From: Dudresnaya verticillata
Lineage: Eukaryota
Assembly (NCBI GenBank): GCA_977862235.1
Contig: OZ374560.1
Coordinates: 2,728,001-2,792,000, forward strand
Reading direction: 5' to 3'
DNA: 64,000 nucleotides
Under the pieces are notes generated by a model. It was given only the letters and a program-made list of their open reading frames with translations. It made no database searches and was not told the origin of the DNA. Each line of letters opens with the position of its first letter. Within the stretch, counting starts at the first letter, position 1. Shown here piece by piece: positions 26,297-38,461 of this stretch. The translations under genes and the position numbers were made by a program.

Positions 26297-29200
26297 TTAA
26301 AGGGGAATGCACCGTTTGCGATGGTACCTCGCCACGAGGTTGTGAGGAAGGTTCTCTCGGGGTTCCCACGTGTCGTCAGAGGCCGAGCGCTGGTGCCAGC
26401 GGATCTTATACCGTGCCGACTCGGGGTCATAGGACATGATCCGATCATAGACGTGCTCCCGCGGGATAGGGCGCTGATAGCGTGAGAAGCGGCGCTCCGC
26501 TGGCGAAGTCTCAGGCTCTTGCTCAGAACTTTCGCTCTCAACGGCGGGAGGAGTGGCGTTAGTGGGCCTCGCCTGTATCGGCTGTAGTGCGGTCAAGGGC
26601 GCGGTTCCCGATTCGAGGGGGCCTGGTCCAGTAGCCGGATTCGCCTCCATGATAGTAGGGGCTTCACCCCGAGCATCCAGCGACTCGTCAGGGGGAGGCG
26701 CTAGCGTCACTGTGTCTAGGGAGACTGATTCCCGTTCGCCCTTGACTTCAAGGACCACAACGTGCATGCCACGATCCACCACCTTATATGGGCCTAGCGC
26801 CTTAGGAAACAGTTTGCCTTCGCGATCCACGCCATCCACGTCTTTCACCCGAGTCTCGCGCTCTAGGAACACCCAGCTACCAACTCGAATATTCCGGTTC
26901 GCAGGGCGCACCCGTCGGTTGAAGTCCGCATGATAGCGCTTCTGCGCGAGCCTCAAACGGGGGAGAGCTGTGTCCATTAATCGCTCCAATCGCTCTGATA
27001 AGCGTTTCTTGACGTTAGTCGCGGGGACATTAGCAACTTCCACCGTCTCGGATCGCTCCAGGAGCAGGGAGTTCGGGGGATTTGAGATCACCAGGTCGAA
27101 AGGGGATAGCCCCGTGGCTTTGTGCACCGTGGTATTGTACGCAAACGTGAGTGCGTTAGAAAACTCATCCCAGTCACGCTGATTCTCAGCGATGAAGTGC
27201 CTTAGCCCGGCTAGAATGGTGCGATTAAAGCGTTCGGTCTGGCCGTTACTTTGCGGGTGATATGTAGAAGTAAATAGGTTACGCACTTGCAGAATGCTGC
27301 AAATGTTCATGAAGAACTTCGAGGCAAACTCGGACCCATTGTCCGATAGCACATACCGCGGAGGTCCATATACATAGACCCAGTGGTCGCAGAAGGCCTT
27401 AGCGACGGTATAGGCCGTAATCGTCTTGAGCGGAACAGTCTAGGTTAGCTTTGAGAAGCAATCCGTGATCACGAGTAAATACTCATTTCCATTGGTTGAC
27501 TTGGTCAATGGACCTAGAATGTCAATTCCGACAAACTCCAAGGGAGCCGTAGCTGGGAAGAGCTTGAGAAACGAAGTGTGCTTCCTGAGCTTGACTCGTT
27601 CTTTCGCGCACTGGACGCAATTCCGAACGGTTGAGTAGACGGCCAAGGCCATATCTGGCCAATACACTTGCCGGCGTAGGTTGTGAAACATGCGGGTTCC
27701 CCCTGGGTGGCCAGCTAGGGCCGGATAATGGGCCAAATGTAGCACCTTTTCGCGAAGGCTCGCGGGTATGAGAACCTGTATGGCTCCATTCAAGTAAGCC
27801 TTGCGGGCGAGGATCCCTCGTTCGTCTTCCAAGTAACACCCGGGGCTTCCCATATCGAGGCGCTTCTGCACGTCTTGGCAGAACGAGTCTCGTTTTTGCT
27901 CTCGGAGCAGCTCGTCTACAGTAACTTGTGAGAATGTGCCCTCGTCGGCTCGCTTCTCCGCCGCGGTGGCGATGAGTATCCCATGTGACTATAATCCTCG
28001 AGGGGTTCGATGTGCCACGCCTCTAGGGGCTCTATTGTGGTGGGTCTATCCGTGAACAGCATTGGCTCCGCTGAAGTCATTCGGACTGGACCATCTTCCT
28101 CTTCGACTATGAAGCAAGGTATCTCGAGATCAGGCTCCTTGTGGGTATGACCCCATGTAGGGAGGCGAGACACCGCGTCGGCAATCTGGTTCTTACGCCC
28201 CGTCCGGTATTGGACCGTAAAGTCATATTCCAAAAGGCGAAGCCTCCATCTCGCCAAGCGTCCTGACGCGTCAGACATACTCATGATCCAGCGTAACGCT
28301 TGATGATCCATGAAAAGATCGAAGTGAGACCGCTCCAAATAGGGTCGCAATATCTGTACTGCCCATACGACGGCGAGACACTCTTTCTCTCCGACTGAGT
28401 AGTTCTTCTCAGCTTTCGTTAGCGAGCGTCTCCAGAAACCAATAGGGTGCCGATCACCATTCTCATCGGTCTGCATCAGGGCACAGCCCACTTGATAGTC
28501 GCACGCGTCGGTGTCGACTGATAATTGGCGTCCCACTTGCGGCAGCTGGAGTATGGGCGGAGCCACGAGTGCTTTCTTCAGAAGCGAGAAGGAATCTCTT
28601 TGTTCCTCGTTGAACGTCGGGAGGTTGAAATCCACTGTCTTCTGCAGTAATGCGTTAAGCGGCGCAGCGACTCTCGCAAAGTTGGGCACGAACCGTCTAT
28701 AAACGTTGCACAAGCCAAGGAAAGAGCGTAGCTGCGTTTGCGTCTTTGGTTCCCCAAACCCGTCGATGGCTTGTGTTTTCTTCGAGGCGACCTCCAGGAG
28801 GCCAGGGCGGACCACGTGTCCCAGATAATCGACGCTCTTCGCGAAGAAGTTACATTTCTTCAACTTCAGCGATACTCCAGCGTTCTGGAGCACCTCCAGG
28901 ATTTCCTTTACGTGAGCAAGGTGCTCTTTGACGCTTTTGGAGAAGATGATGATATCAGACAGATATACCAAGCACGACTTCCATCTGAATCCAGACAGGA
29001 GAATGTCGACCGTTTGCTGGAACGTGGCTGGTGCATTACATAGCCCAAAGGGCATGCGGCAAAATTGGAAGCATCCAGCGTGACAAGTGAACGCCGTCTT
29101 CGTCTGGTCTCCCTTGGCGACCGGTATCTGCCAGTAGCCAGAATTACAATCAAGCGTTGTGAAGAATTGGGCATCTCCCAGGGAGTCCAGACACTCGTCC

Positions 29201-30672
29201 ATACGAGGCAAACGATAAGAATCCTTGATCGTTACTGCATTAAGCTTTCGATAGTCGACGAAAAAGCGTAAGGAGCCATCAGGCTTATTGGCCAGCACGA
29301 CTGGGCTCGCGAATTCCGACCGCGCGGGTTGTATGACCCCTGCTTCCAACATCTTGGTTACTTCCGCTTGTTCAGCCTGTCGAGCTTTGGGGACTGCCCT
29401 ATAGGGTTGTGAGAAGACGGGCTTCGTCCCTGGTTTGAGCTCGATACGGTGCTCCGTGACTTTGATAGTCCTGAGTTTACCACTCCACATTTCCGAGAAT
29501 GGCCGCAGCATCTTGCGTACTCGACGCTGATCCTTTGGTTCCAGATGTGAAAGGTTTAGGTCTTCGACCGTCATGTTGGCGGCCGAGGCCTTAATGCCTG
29601 GTTTTGGATCCGTATCCGGAGAAAAGGCAGCAGCAAGCCCTGCCCCCCCCACATCGAGCGACGGCTCGTCGGGTTCTTGAGGAGCAGATGGGGCGTCCTC
29701 GAAGGACAGAGCGTAATATGGGGTTGTGGAAGGAGCCGGAATGGCGTGTCCAATCCTCTGGCGTTTGGCCAGTCGCTTCGGGCCTTGAGAGAAATTGGCG
29801 ACCTTGACCCGGAACGGCCGGTTGGGTTGCACTTCGATGATGCCATTTGTGGCAACCAGACCCTGGCGGTCGTAGAGCCGCTGGAATGAATCCATGAAGT
29901 GTACACCTCGCGCCGGGCACGTGACCGTGACCCAGGCTTCTGACGCCGCAGGTATAACAACCGAATGTGCCACGCGCAGGTGTCGCGGTTCGGGAGGACC
30001 AGTGGGGACCTCTTGTGATTCCGTGGGGCGCGAAGCGCGTGGAAGTCCGCATCGTCGGCGTAATATCGGGTGTATGGACCCATCACGCAAGACGGCGCGT
30101 TGACGCTTGATTCATAAGTTATCGACATGGTGGTCGATGAAGGTACAACCCAGGATCACGTCCACGGCGAGTGCTCGGACGACGGTGAAAGGTTGTCGGA
30201 CCGTGTAGGTTCCGATTCGAACGTACAGGGAGATAGTCCCTAAGGTAGTTAGTTTGTGCCGTGAGGCGGAAGTTAGATTCAAGATGGACCGGCCAGAAGC
30301 GATCTTCTTTTGATCCTCAGAGGAAAGAGCACCAGCTCGTATGAGGTTGGGGCCTGCCCCTGTATCCAGGACCGAAAGGACGCGAGAGAGTTCGACAAGA
30401 GAGGTCCCAATGGACGCTGCCACTTTATAGTTATATCGCGACAGCGCGCATATGGGATCCTTACAATACTCATCAAAAGTGCGTCCTCGAGGAAGCCCTA
30501 GAGGGCGAGATAAAATCTTCCTTGGGAGGAGATTTGTGTCAGGTTCCGGTTCCGGCCGATCCGGGAATGACGGGGACGGGTGACCGTCCTCGCTCGATCG
30601 GTCGGGGGACCCCGGGTCGCGTAGCAAGAGCTGCGGTTCGACGGGGTCCAAGGTCCCCCAGTCTAGTTTTTC
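26297..30672 (-). pseudogene. pol: pol of element F (PR, RT, RNase H, INT, chromodomain), disrupted
   Basis: VLDTGAG; TTLDCNSGYWQ; YLSD in place of YLDD; DTDAC...EKECLA; GHPG...CVQC; LSDNG...NGQTERFN; YKIRW...TWEP. Split over several ORFs. Confidence 0.93.
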
Positions 30673-33430
30673 GGCACACGGGCGTGTTTTGTTCATGGGG
30701 ATGCCGGTAAAGGCGGAGGAGGTGGGAACGGTCTGCCACTTGGGCGAGGAGAGCGGGGGTTACTCCGCGGCCTATCCACAGGATGGTTGAGTGCATCGGC
30801 GAACTGCACCTGGGGACTTGTCGGTCGGGGTGCTCCCCTGTTCTCCGGGTGCGGGCTGGCCTTGCCCTCGTTGAAATGTCGGCGTGAATTTTGAGGACCT
30901 GGATCCGAGGGACGCAGCTCATTCGCGAATGATGGCGAGCGGCCCACGATGGACAGCCATTCCCGTTTCTCCCTGGAGAGTTGGGCGTAGTGGTTACGTA
31001 GTATCTGTGAGAAGCCACGCTCGTCTGTTCTTGCCAGATATGGGCAATTGGGCTTTTTATGCCCGATACCCAGACATTCGAAGCAGATGTCATTCGGCCT
31101 ATCCTCCACCACTAACCAGCCGGGACGCTGTGTGCGAGATGGTTGGGCCCACGAGGGAAGCCTCGGATTCTGGTTGGATAGTACCGCACTGACGGAGTCA
31201 TAATAGCTGTCCGTAGCGTCCGACGGGGCTGTGGAGCAGACGCCCGATGTTGTTACGGACGAATCCGGCGCTTGGCTGTCGATGGCCGCCACCACTGCGT
31301 CCTCCGAATCGGAGCTAGTCCTTGTAGAGCCACCACTGTCACTTGACGCGACCTCAGTGTTGGGACGTCCCTGTCTGACCAGTAGCGCCCGTCCGGCCTT
31401 CTTGGATTTAACGGAGGACTTTCGTCGCAACATTGAAGTACCAGAGACACGCTCTCGACGACCAGCGCCCATGAGGGCCCGATGTGAGTCACCTTGGGCA
31501 GTAGCCAGTTCCACATAGTCGGCAAGCTTTGCCGTCCGTGGGTCCAAACCCGAATTGCTCAGTAACGGCTTTGTGGCCGGCAAGAGTCCACGGATGAACC
31601 GGGTAATCAGGTCCTGTTCTGTATACACACCTGCGACCTTTCGAGCCTTATTCTGGAGGCGCCGTGAGAAGGTCACTTCGTCCTCATCCTCGGCTTGTGC
31701 CATACGGTCCATTTCCGAGGCTATCCTCTCGATGTACACGTCCTTCGCATATGTGCGTAGGAGGTAATTGACGGCCTCGGGCCACTCGGAGAATCCTCCA
31801 TTATCATCCCCGGCCACGTCGAAGTTGGCTTCGAACATGTCTCGCGAATCCTTATCCAGGAACTCGGGAAGCACAAGGATTGCTGCTTCTTCGCTTATCC
31901 TGGCTTGGTCCAGTTGGCGCTTCAAAGCGGCTAAGAAGCCAATGATCGCAACTGGGTCACTTCCGTCGAACTTGCGACTCTTCATTACGGACTTGATCCT
32001 CTTGATCTTTTTCGACGTGTCCTCCGTGACTTCTGGACCCTGTATTGGTCCAGGTTCAGCAGACGATAGCGTCGATAAGAGAGAACCTGAATGAAAGCCG
32101 GGTTCTGCGGAGCCAGCTCCTTAACGTCAGAGCGTCTAGGTCCTCGCCAAGAGGGGCGCGATGAACGCCTCGGTGGGGAACTATCCTTTCCGGAGAACTG
32201 CGGCTGACGCCGCTGCTCCGACCGACGTGGTTCATCCCGGTTTCGACGGGATTCAGTCCCTTGACCAGTACGGCAGGTTTTGCAACCGGAATGCGCCGCG
32301 CGCGGGTTGTCCACATCCGAATGGTCGTGCACCGATTCCGCATCGGATTCTCGCCTAGGCGAATGACGTCGCCGGTCTCGAGTTCCTTTTGGCACCGGGC
32401 CCCGGCGTCGCTCCACTTCGGGCGATAGGTTCTTCTCAAGAAGACATAACTGGAGACGAGTCTCGATTATGTTGATCCGACGCCGTTCATCGGCTAGCTC
32501 CTTCCGTAAGAGCGCAATTGCTCGGTCTTGTTCTAAACACGTGGCGTCATTCCCCTCGAGACGAAGGGCCCGAACTGCTTCGGACGCTTCTTCCCGTGAG
32601 AGGCCCACTGCTCGAGTGAGGGGCTCAAAATCTCCGTGGATTGTTTCCACCCGCTCCACGAGCGATTCTACCCTCGCATCGAGTGATTCCATTTCATCCG
32701 CCACTCTCTGTCCTGTATCGGAGTGGCGGATGCGGCCGGTCATTTCCTCTTGACACAAGGTCAGTATCCGCTCATCTCGGCGTCCGGCTGACTCATCGAT
32801 GTAGCGTTGTACACGCGTGAGCGTTTCATCAGCCTGTGCTGCGGCAAGCGACCTGATTTGGGTCGCTACGAGGTGACCAACACTATCAGCGACCATTCGG
32901 TGGATCTCCGATTCCGTAAAGCATCGGACGTCCTCCGAATTGGTATTCGTTCGGGTCGGCTGCCCATTTCCAGGCGCCGAGTCGAGCTCTGTCGGTGCCG
33001 CGTAATCGGTCGATCGTCCACTGGGGAGTCACCGTGATTCCGGCATCACTTCTGGACCCTGGTCCTCATTCCCATCCACGTGTGTGGATGTTTGTGGTTC
33101 TGACCGGGTCATTTTTCCTTCAAACGAGGCCGAATCCCTTCCAGGGCTCGGCATTAAACCGGGAGTAGTCCCTAGAACAAGGTCGGGCCTAGAACTTCCA
33201 ACCAATGGCGGTCGTTCGCGGTTTGATCTTGGTTCGGGACCATCTTCATCGGGGGCGTCACCGTCTATATGGCGTCGCCCCAATCGCCCGTCCGAAGGGC
33301 TGCGCCTTAGCGCGGCAGTCCCCGAACGGGTGGTAACGCCCGTGATGCGGACTGAGGAAAGACTTCCGGCACAACTGCCACCACGGCCGATGAGGCTCGG
33401 CCTGGTTGTATCGCCATTCGATGTCGGCAT
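30663..33430 (-). pseudogene. gag: gag of element F, disrupted
   Basis: Fragments 33029-33430, 31985-32896 and 30693-31985; CCHC knuckle CFECLGIGHKKPNC; similar to G gag (LSYRRYRL vs LSYRTYRL; FDGSDPV vs FNGSDPV). Confidence 0.85.
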
Positions 33431-34949
33431 CCTTCCGATGGTATGGGACTAATAACCCGTCCCAAAAATAGGTAGTAATTCCGGAAGGACCGGTGGGTCG
33501 ATGGGACTTTTTCCCGATGCGCCAACCGGCGTTCCGTAACTGTTTCTCGCACGAGACGATGTGTCGAAGGGGAATCCTGTAGTGCAAACGTCGATGACGG
33601 ACACCGCCGAGCAGTTCAGGGCTCGGTGGGTAGCGACGCCTGCGGCGATGAGTGGCCTCGCCGTGGGCGTCTGTTGGTAGAGCGGTTGACTCGCCTGGGG
33701 CGGACTGTAAACGCCCGAGGCGGAAAAGAAGAACAAAAGAAAACAGAAAGGGAACACGTCGAGGACGGGTAGAGACGTGGAAGCACGGAGGTAGACGCTT
33801 AGCCGTAGGCAGCGGTAGGGTACGCGCGTGCTGAACGGGGAAGTCTGGACCAAGGCCGGCTTGCCGGGGTTTACTGTGACGTCTGAGACGGATCCACTAA
33901 GTACAGGATTTCCTAGCGGCGGCGACGCGGATGTACGCGTAACGCGGGAACTCGGGACACGTGTTGTCCCGAGGCGCGTCTGACAGATCCGTCCGTCATG
34001 CAGCCGCGCTCCTGACAGATCACGCGTAGCTTCCCCGCTCGAGTCCTTACACTTACACGTGGATTACTTCCTTACAGCCGCATGCGCCCCATGGCGCGAG
34101 CGATCTCGATCCGCACCAATCCCGATCCAGTCCGGATTCGGGCCAGCGATGCGGATGCGCCAGGCTTACAGGCGCGTGCCTTACACTCCTTAATCCCGAT
34201 GTGGGATCCCGATGTGGGATCCCGATTGGATCCGGATTCGGGCCACGCTTACAGCGAACGTTCCCGCCACTGCGCCATGCGCGTACGCGTGGCGCCGTAC
34301 AGTGGCCAGGCTCAGGCGTGCGGTCTGTACGCCCAGCAAGCCGTTCTGGCCCAAGTGGGCAGCGGCATGCGTCGGTGACGTGTTTGCGCCGCGGGCGGGT
34401 TGAGCGCGCCGTTGGCGGTCGTCCGTCGGTAGACGCTGCATATCAACGCTTGAAAGCGAAAACGGGGGACCCCCCCTGGCACTACACGACCCCCTCCGAA
34501 AACGCGACCACGTCAACCTGCTTCAGCCTGCCTGCTTATCCGCATCTGCGTCTCTTCCAGTGCCGATCGTGTCGGTCACCCGCGTCTTCACGTCTGCGTT
34601 TGCCCGCCCTTGGCGTTGGTTGAGCCCCGCCAAAGACGCACGTTCAGTTGCCCATCCGCCGTTGGCGCAGCAACAACTCCCTTCGAAGACGTGTCGTTGA
34701 CTAACTTCGCCAGTGGCGTGCGTGAAACCCCGTCGTTTACGTCTTATCTTGTGCAAGCGTGCGTGCGCTTATCGCCTAGGGCGTTTCTTTGAGTTCCGCA
34801 TTCGGCGTTGTTCGGTCTAGCGTCGTTGACGTGTGCCTTGTTTGCTTCCGCCTTTGGCGTAGTTGACTCGACTTCGGAGTCCGAGACCGTCGTTGACGTA
34901 TCGTGTGAAGTCCGCCAGTGGCGTGTGATTACGCAACGTCTCAGACGTA

Positions 34950-37243
34950 ATGGCGCAGTTCAATGGCCTGCAAGTGGCTGCGCCTTCGGCGGCGCCGGTG
35001 TATCCGTCCCCCTTCGACTTTTTCTGGAGGACGCCCCGCAACGATGCGCGATTGTTCTCGCGGGCCCCCTGGTTCGACCAGGAGGCCCTGCGACACGAGG
35101 ATCTCATCACCCATTACGCTGTGAGCGGATTTTTGCCAGGGGAGTTGCCCCTGGCCGTCGTGTGGACGAACGAGTGGCGCCATCGGTGCGCCATTCCGAG
35201 GGGTTGGCTGCGTATTGCCGCCGGCCAGACGCGTGCAGATGCACATGCGCGTTTCGTCGTTGACGTGTATCGGCGGTTTACCCGCTATCCGGGGTCGGTA
35301 TTGACGCCTACCGTCTTTGAATTTGACGCAGGGCAGTACCGCATAAATAGCGAGTTTGGGTATGGGGACCGTCTTGGGACGTTGTCATTAAGCCATGTGG
35401 CTGTTTCGGCTGAGCCGCGGGTGCTTCAGGAGATTAACCTCCTTGGTGTACGCTTGAAAGCGGATTTCCGATACTTGCATAGGACGGGCACCTTCTATTG
35501 GGAGCGCTGCGTCCGTTGGGATTGCGAAACGCGCCGCCGCAAAGGCGTTTTTGTGCCGTATCAAGATACGCAAGTCGATCGCATTGAGCGGGAAAAGTTG
35601 CCGCATTGCTTCATTCGCGTCCCGCCGATGTGGCGGGACTTTGAGGTCTGCGAGGGCTTTGCGGCTGAATTGCCTCCGTGTGTCACGTATATTTGCTCCG
35701 AGTTGCGGACGGATCCGTACTCCCGATGTTGGATCGTATTTTTCACCGAGTGGGTCGTCAACGTAACTTACGCATGGATGTGGGAGGTGTATGACACCTT
35801 CCGGCTCTATTATGTGCCGCCACGCGTAGTCAGCCTCCTTGGTGGGCTTGATTTGACCGAAGTGTTGGGTGGTGCCAGGAACTGCCAAGAGTTCTGGGAT
35901 TTACGCCAGGTGGCAGATAACGTCAACTGGGACGACCCGGCAGCTGTGCCGCCGGGAAACCGGCGCCGTAAGGCAAACCGTCCGCGTTACGCGATGAGTA
36001 GAAATTATTCCGCCTGTGGCGATTGGGTGTGGTGCAACCCGTGGACCAAACGTCTTACGACGGAGAACATCGCTGAGAGTCATCGTCGTACGGACCGCTT
36101 CACGCCAGCGAATCACCAACGTGGGTTGCGCAAGAATTGCGACTTTTCGGGGGATTTCCCGCCTTGATGGCGGAGGAGGATGCGTTTCACGCTAAAAGCG
36201 GACCGGTTAACCCGTCTGGGACGGACGTCATTACGCCTATGGCGGTTGAGCTTACTGCGGGGGCGACAGCTCCCGCGACGATTTCGCCAGCGGCGGTAGG
36301 ACCGTCGGCTGTTGTGCCTGTTGGCTTGCCGTCGGTTGCGCCACTGGATCTCTCGGCGCCCGTCAATGACGGTGATGGTGATGCCATCATGGCTGCGCCC
36401 ATGGCGAGTTCTGCGCCGGTAGTTACGCCTCAAGGCGGAGTGTCTAACGTCGCTGACGGTGCGCATCGCCCTCCTGCAGTGCCCGAGTGGACTGAGGAGC
36501 AGCGCCGCACGGTGCTCGCATTCTTGCGAGCCACCGGTGTCGTCACTGACGGGTCGGGCGGGTCATCCACGACGCCCCTCGGGCACTCGCTGCTGGCTGC
36601 TCTGCAGCCCAGCGTTGCTGCGGTTCCGGCGTCGACCGTCGTTGCGACTGTGCCGTCTAACGACGAAGGTGCGGCGTCTAATGACGGAGTGGCGAAAAAG
36701 CCTTTGTCGCCTAAGGCGGGTTGTGCGGGTTCGTCCGCCATTGCGTCCACTGACGTTGCTAGAAAAAGTCCGCCAAAGGCGAGTGCGGTGGTAGCGCCTA
36801 CGGCGGTTCCGCAGGCTCCAGTGGCCTCTTCGTCGGTGACGGATGTTGATCGTTCAACGCCCTTGGCGGTTAATGCGGTCCCGTCACCGGAGGTGCCGGG
36901 GCCGTCAACTTCGCCCAAGGCGGTTGAGGATGCTCCGCCGCCGAAGGCGAGTGAGCTTCCTTTTGTAACGCCTAAGGCGGGTTGTGACTATAACGTTGCG
37001 CCTATGGCGGTTGACGAACAGTCGTCGCCTAAGGCGGATTGTGAGACAGGTGCGTCGCCAGCGGCGGATGTCGCGACTTCGACAGCAGTGATTGTGGCGG
37101 GTCCCTTGCGGTCCGTTCCTGCCCCTGCCGCGAGCGCACCGTCGGTGACGGAAGACGACCTCTACGAAGAGGCGTTAAGAGAATCCGCCAATGGCGTTGG
37201 GGATGATGCCCCACTTGAACCGTCTGCGACGAAAAAGGCGTAG
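34950..37243 (+). CDS. Antisense accessory ORF of element G (two overlapping ORFs, probably one ~765-aa gene with a frameshift near 36150), unknown function
   Basis: ORF 34950-36167 is aromatic-rich and globular-looking; ORF 36137-37243 is A/P/S/V-rich with repeated PKA. Confidence 0.8.
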
Positions 37244-38461
37244 CCTTTGTGGGATCTTTGAGGACGGTTAGCAAACGCGAGAGCGCGTGTGGTGTCGCTT
37301 TGCCTGTCCCGTGTTGGGGCGGCGAGCGAGGGGTTCATACGTCATAGACGGTTAGTGCTGCGGCAGACGCGCGCGTCTCACGACGTAGGTCGTGGTGGAA
37401 GGTCATGCGGGCACGGGGGTTACCCTCGCTTATGAAGCCCGAATAAACTTGACCGTTGTTAAAACGTAGTTGCTTATGTGTCCGCTTGATGTAGAGCGCT
37501 GCGATAGCGAATAGTATGTAGCCGACGGGTCGCGTTCGTATAGACGTTTTTGTTGTCTGTTCGCGGTAGTAGCGTTTGCGTAAAAGCTTGGGGCGGTGCC
37601 GCCTTGGTGGCGTTTTTCTCCTTCTTGATGCCGCTACAGTAGCGTAAGCCCTTTTGGGAGGGTCCATTTTCTCATGCCGACCTAGTCGTTTTGTTCAAAT
37701 TGTGATTCCGCTTGTTGAGCGAATATGTAGTTGGGGAGCCGTTTGTCGGTAGTCTTTTCGTCTTTGACGTAGGGCATGTTGGGTTAGCGTCGGGGACGGT
37801 TAGCTTGGCGATGCGCCGCGCATGGGGCGCGTTTCTTGCGACTCCTGGGCGTGGCTGCCGTGCGCAGCGGCGGAGTCATTTTTGCGATTAGCGCGTCGTG
37901 CACGAAACGTAGCCCAACTCCGTCTTCGACGACTGTTTCTTCTCTCGTGTTTGCGGGCGACCCCTTCTTCGACTTGAGACACGTCGTTGACGTTCGCGAG
38001 CGTCACCCTCGAGGCGGTTGCGTGCGCCGCCCGTAAGGGTGACGAGTTTCGGACTTGGCCGTGGGTGGCGCGCTTGGGCGAGGACGTCGGAGACGGTTTG
38101 TCGCGTCCGTGCTTGGTTGCCTCGTGGGCGCTCGTAGTGCTGGGGTACACATTTGTCAGGTTCCCGTTGTTGGGCGCCCGCCGCCGCTGGTGCCCGCGTT
38201 ATTATTTTCGCATTAAAATTTTCCATTTCGCTGTTGCCCGATTTCGTGTGGTTCGTGCGCTCTCCACGCCTTCTGACTACTGTCAGCCGTTCTGTCCTTA
38301 CGGACCCCCTCCGAAGAGGGTTGCCTATTCGCGTCTCGCCAACCCAATCGTCCTTGCTCCGGTTGATTACAGCCCCAGTCGTCCGTAACGAGTGCACGTC
38401 CGCGTCAATCCGTATGAGGATGTGGCGTGTGTTTCGCTTCCAGCGCCCACCCTGACTAGGG

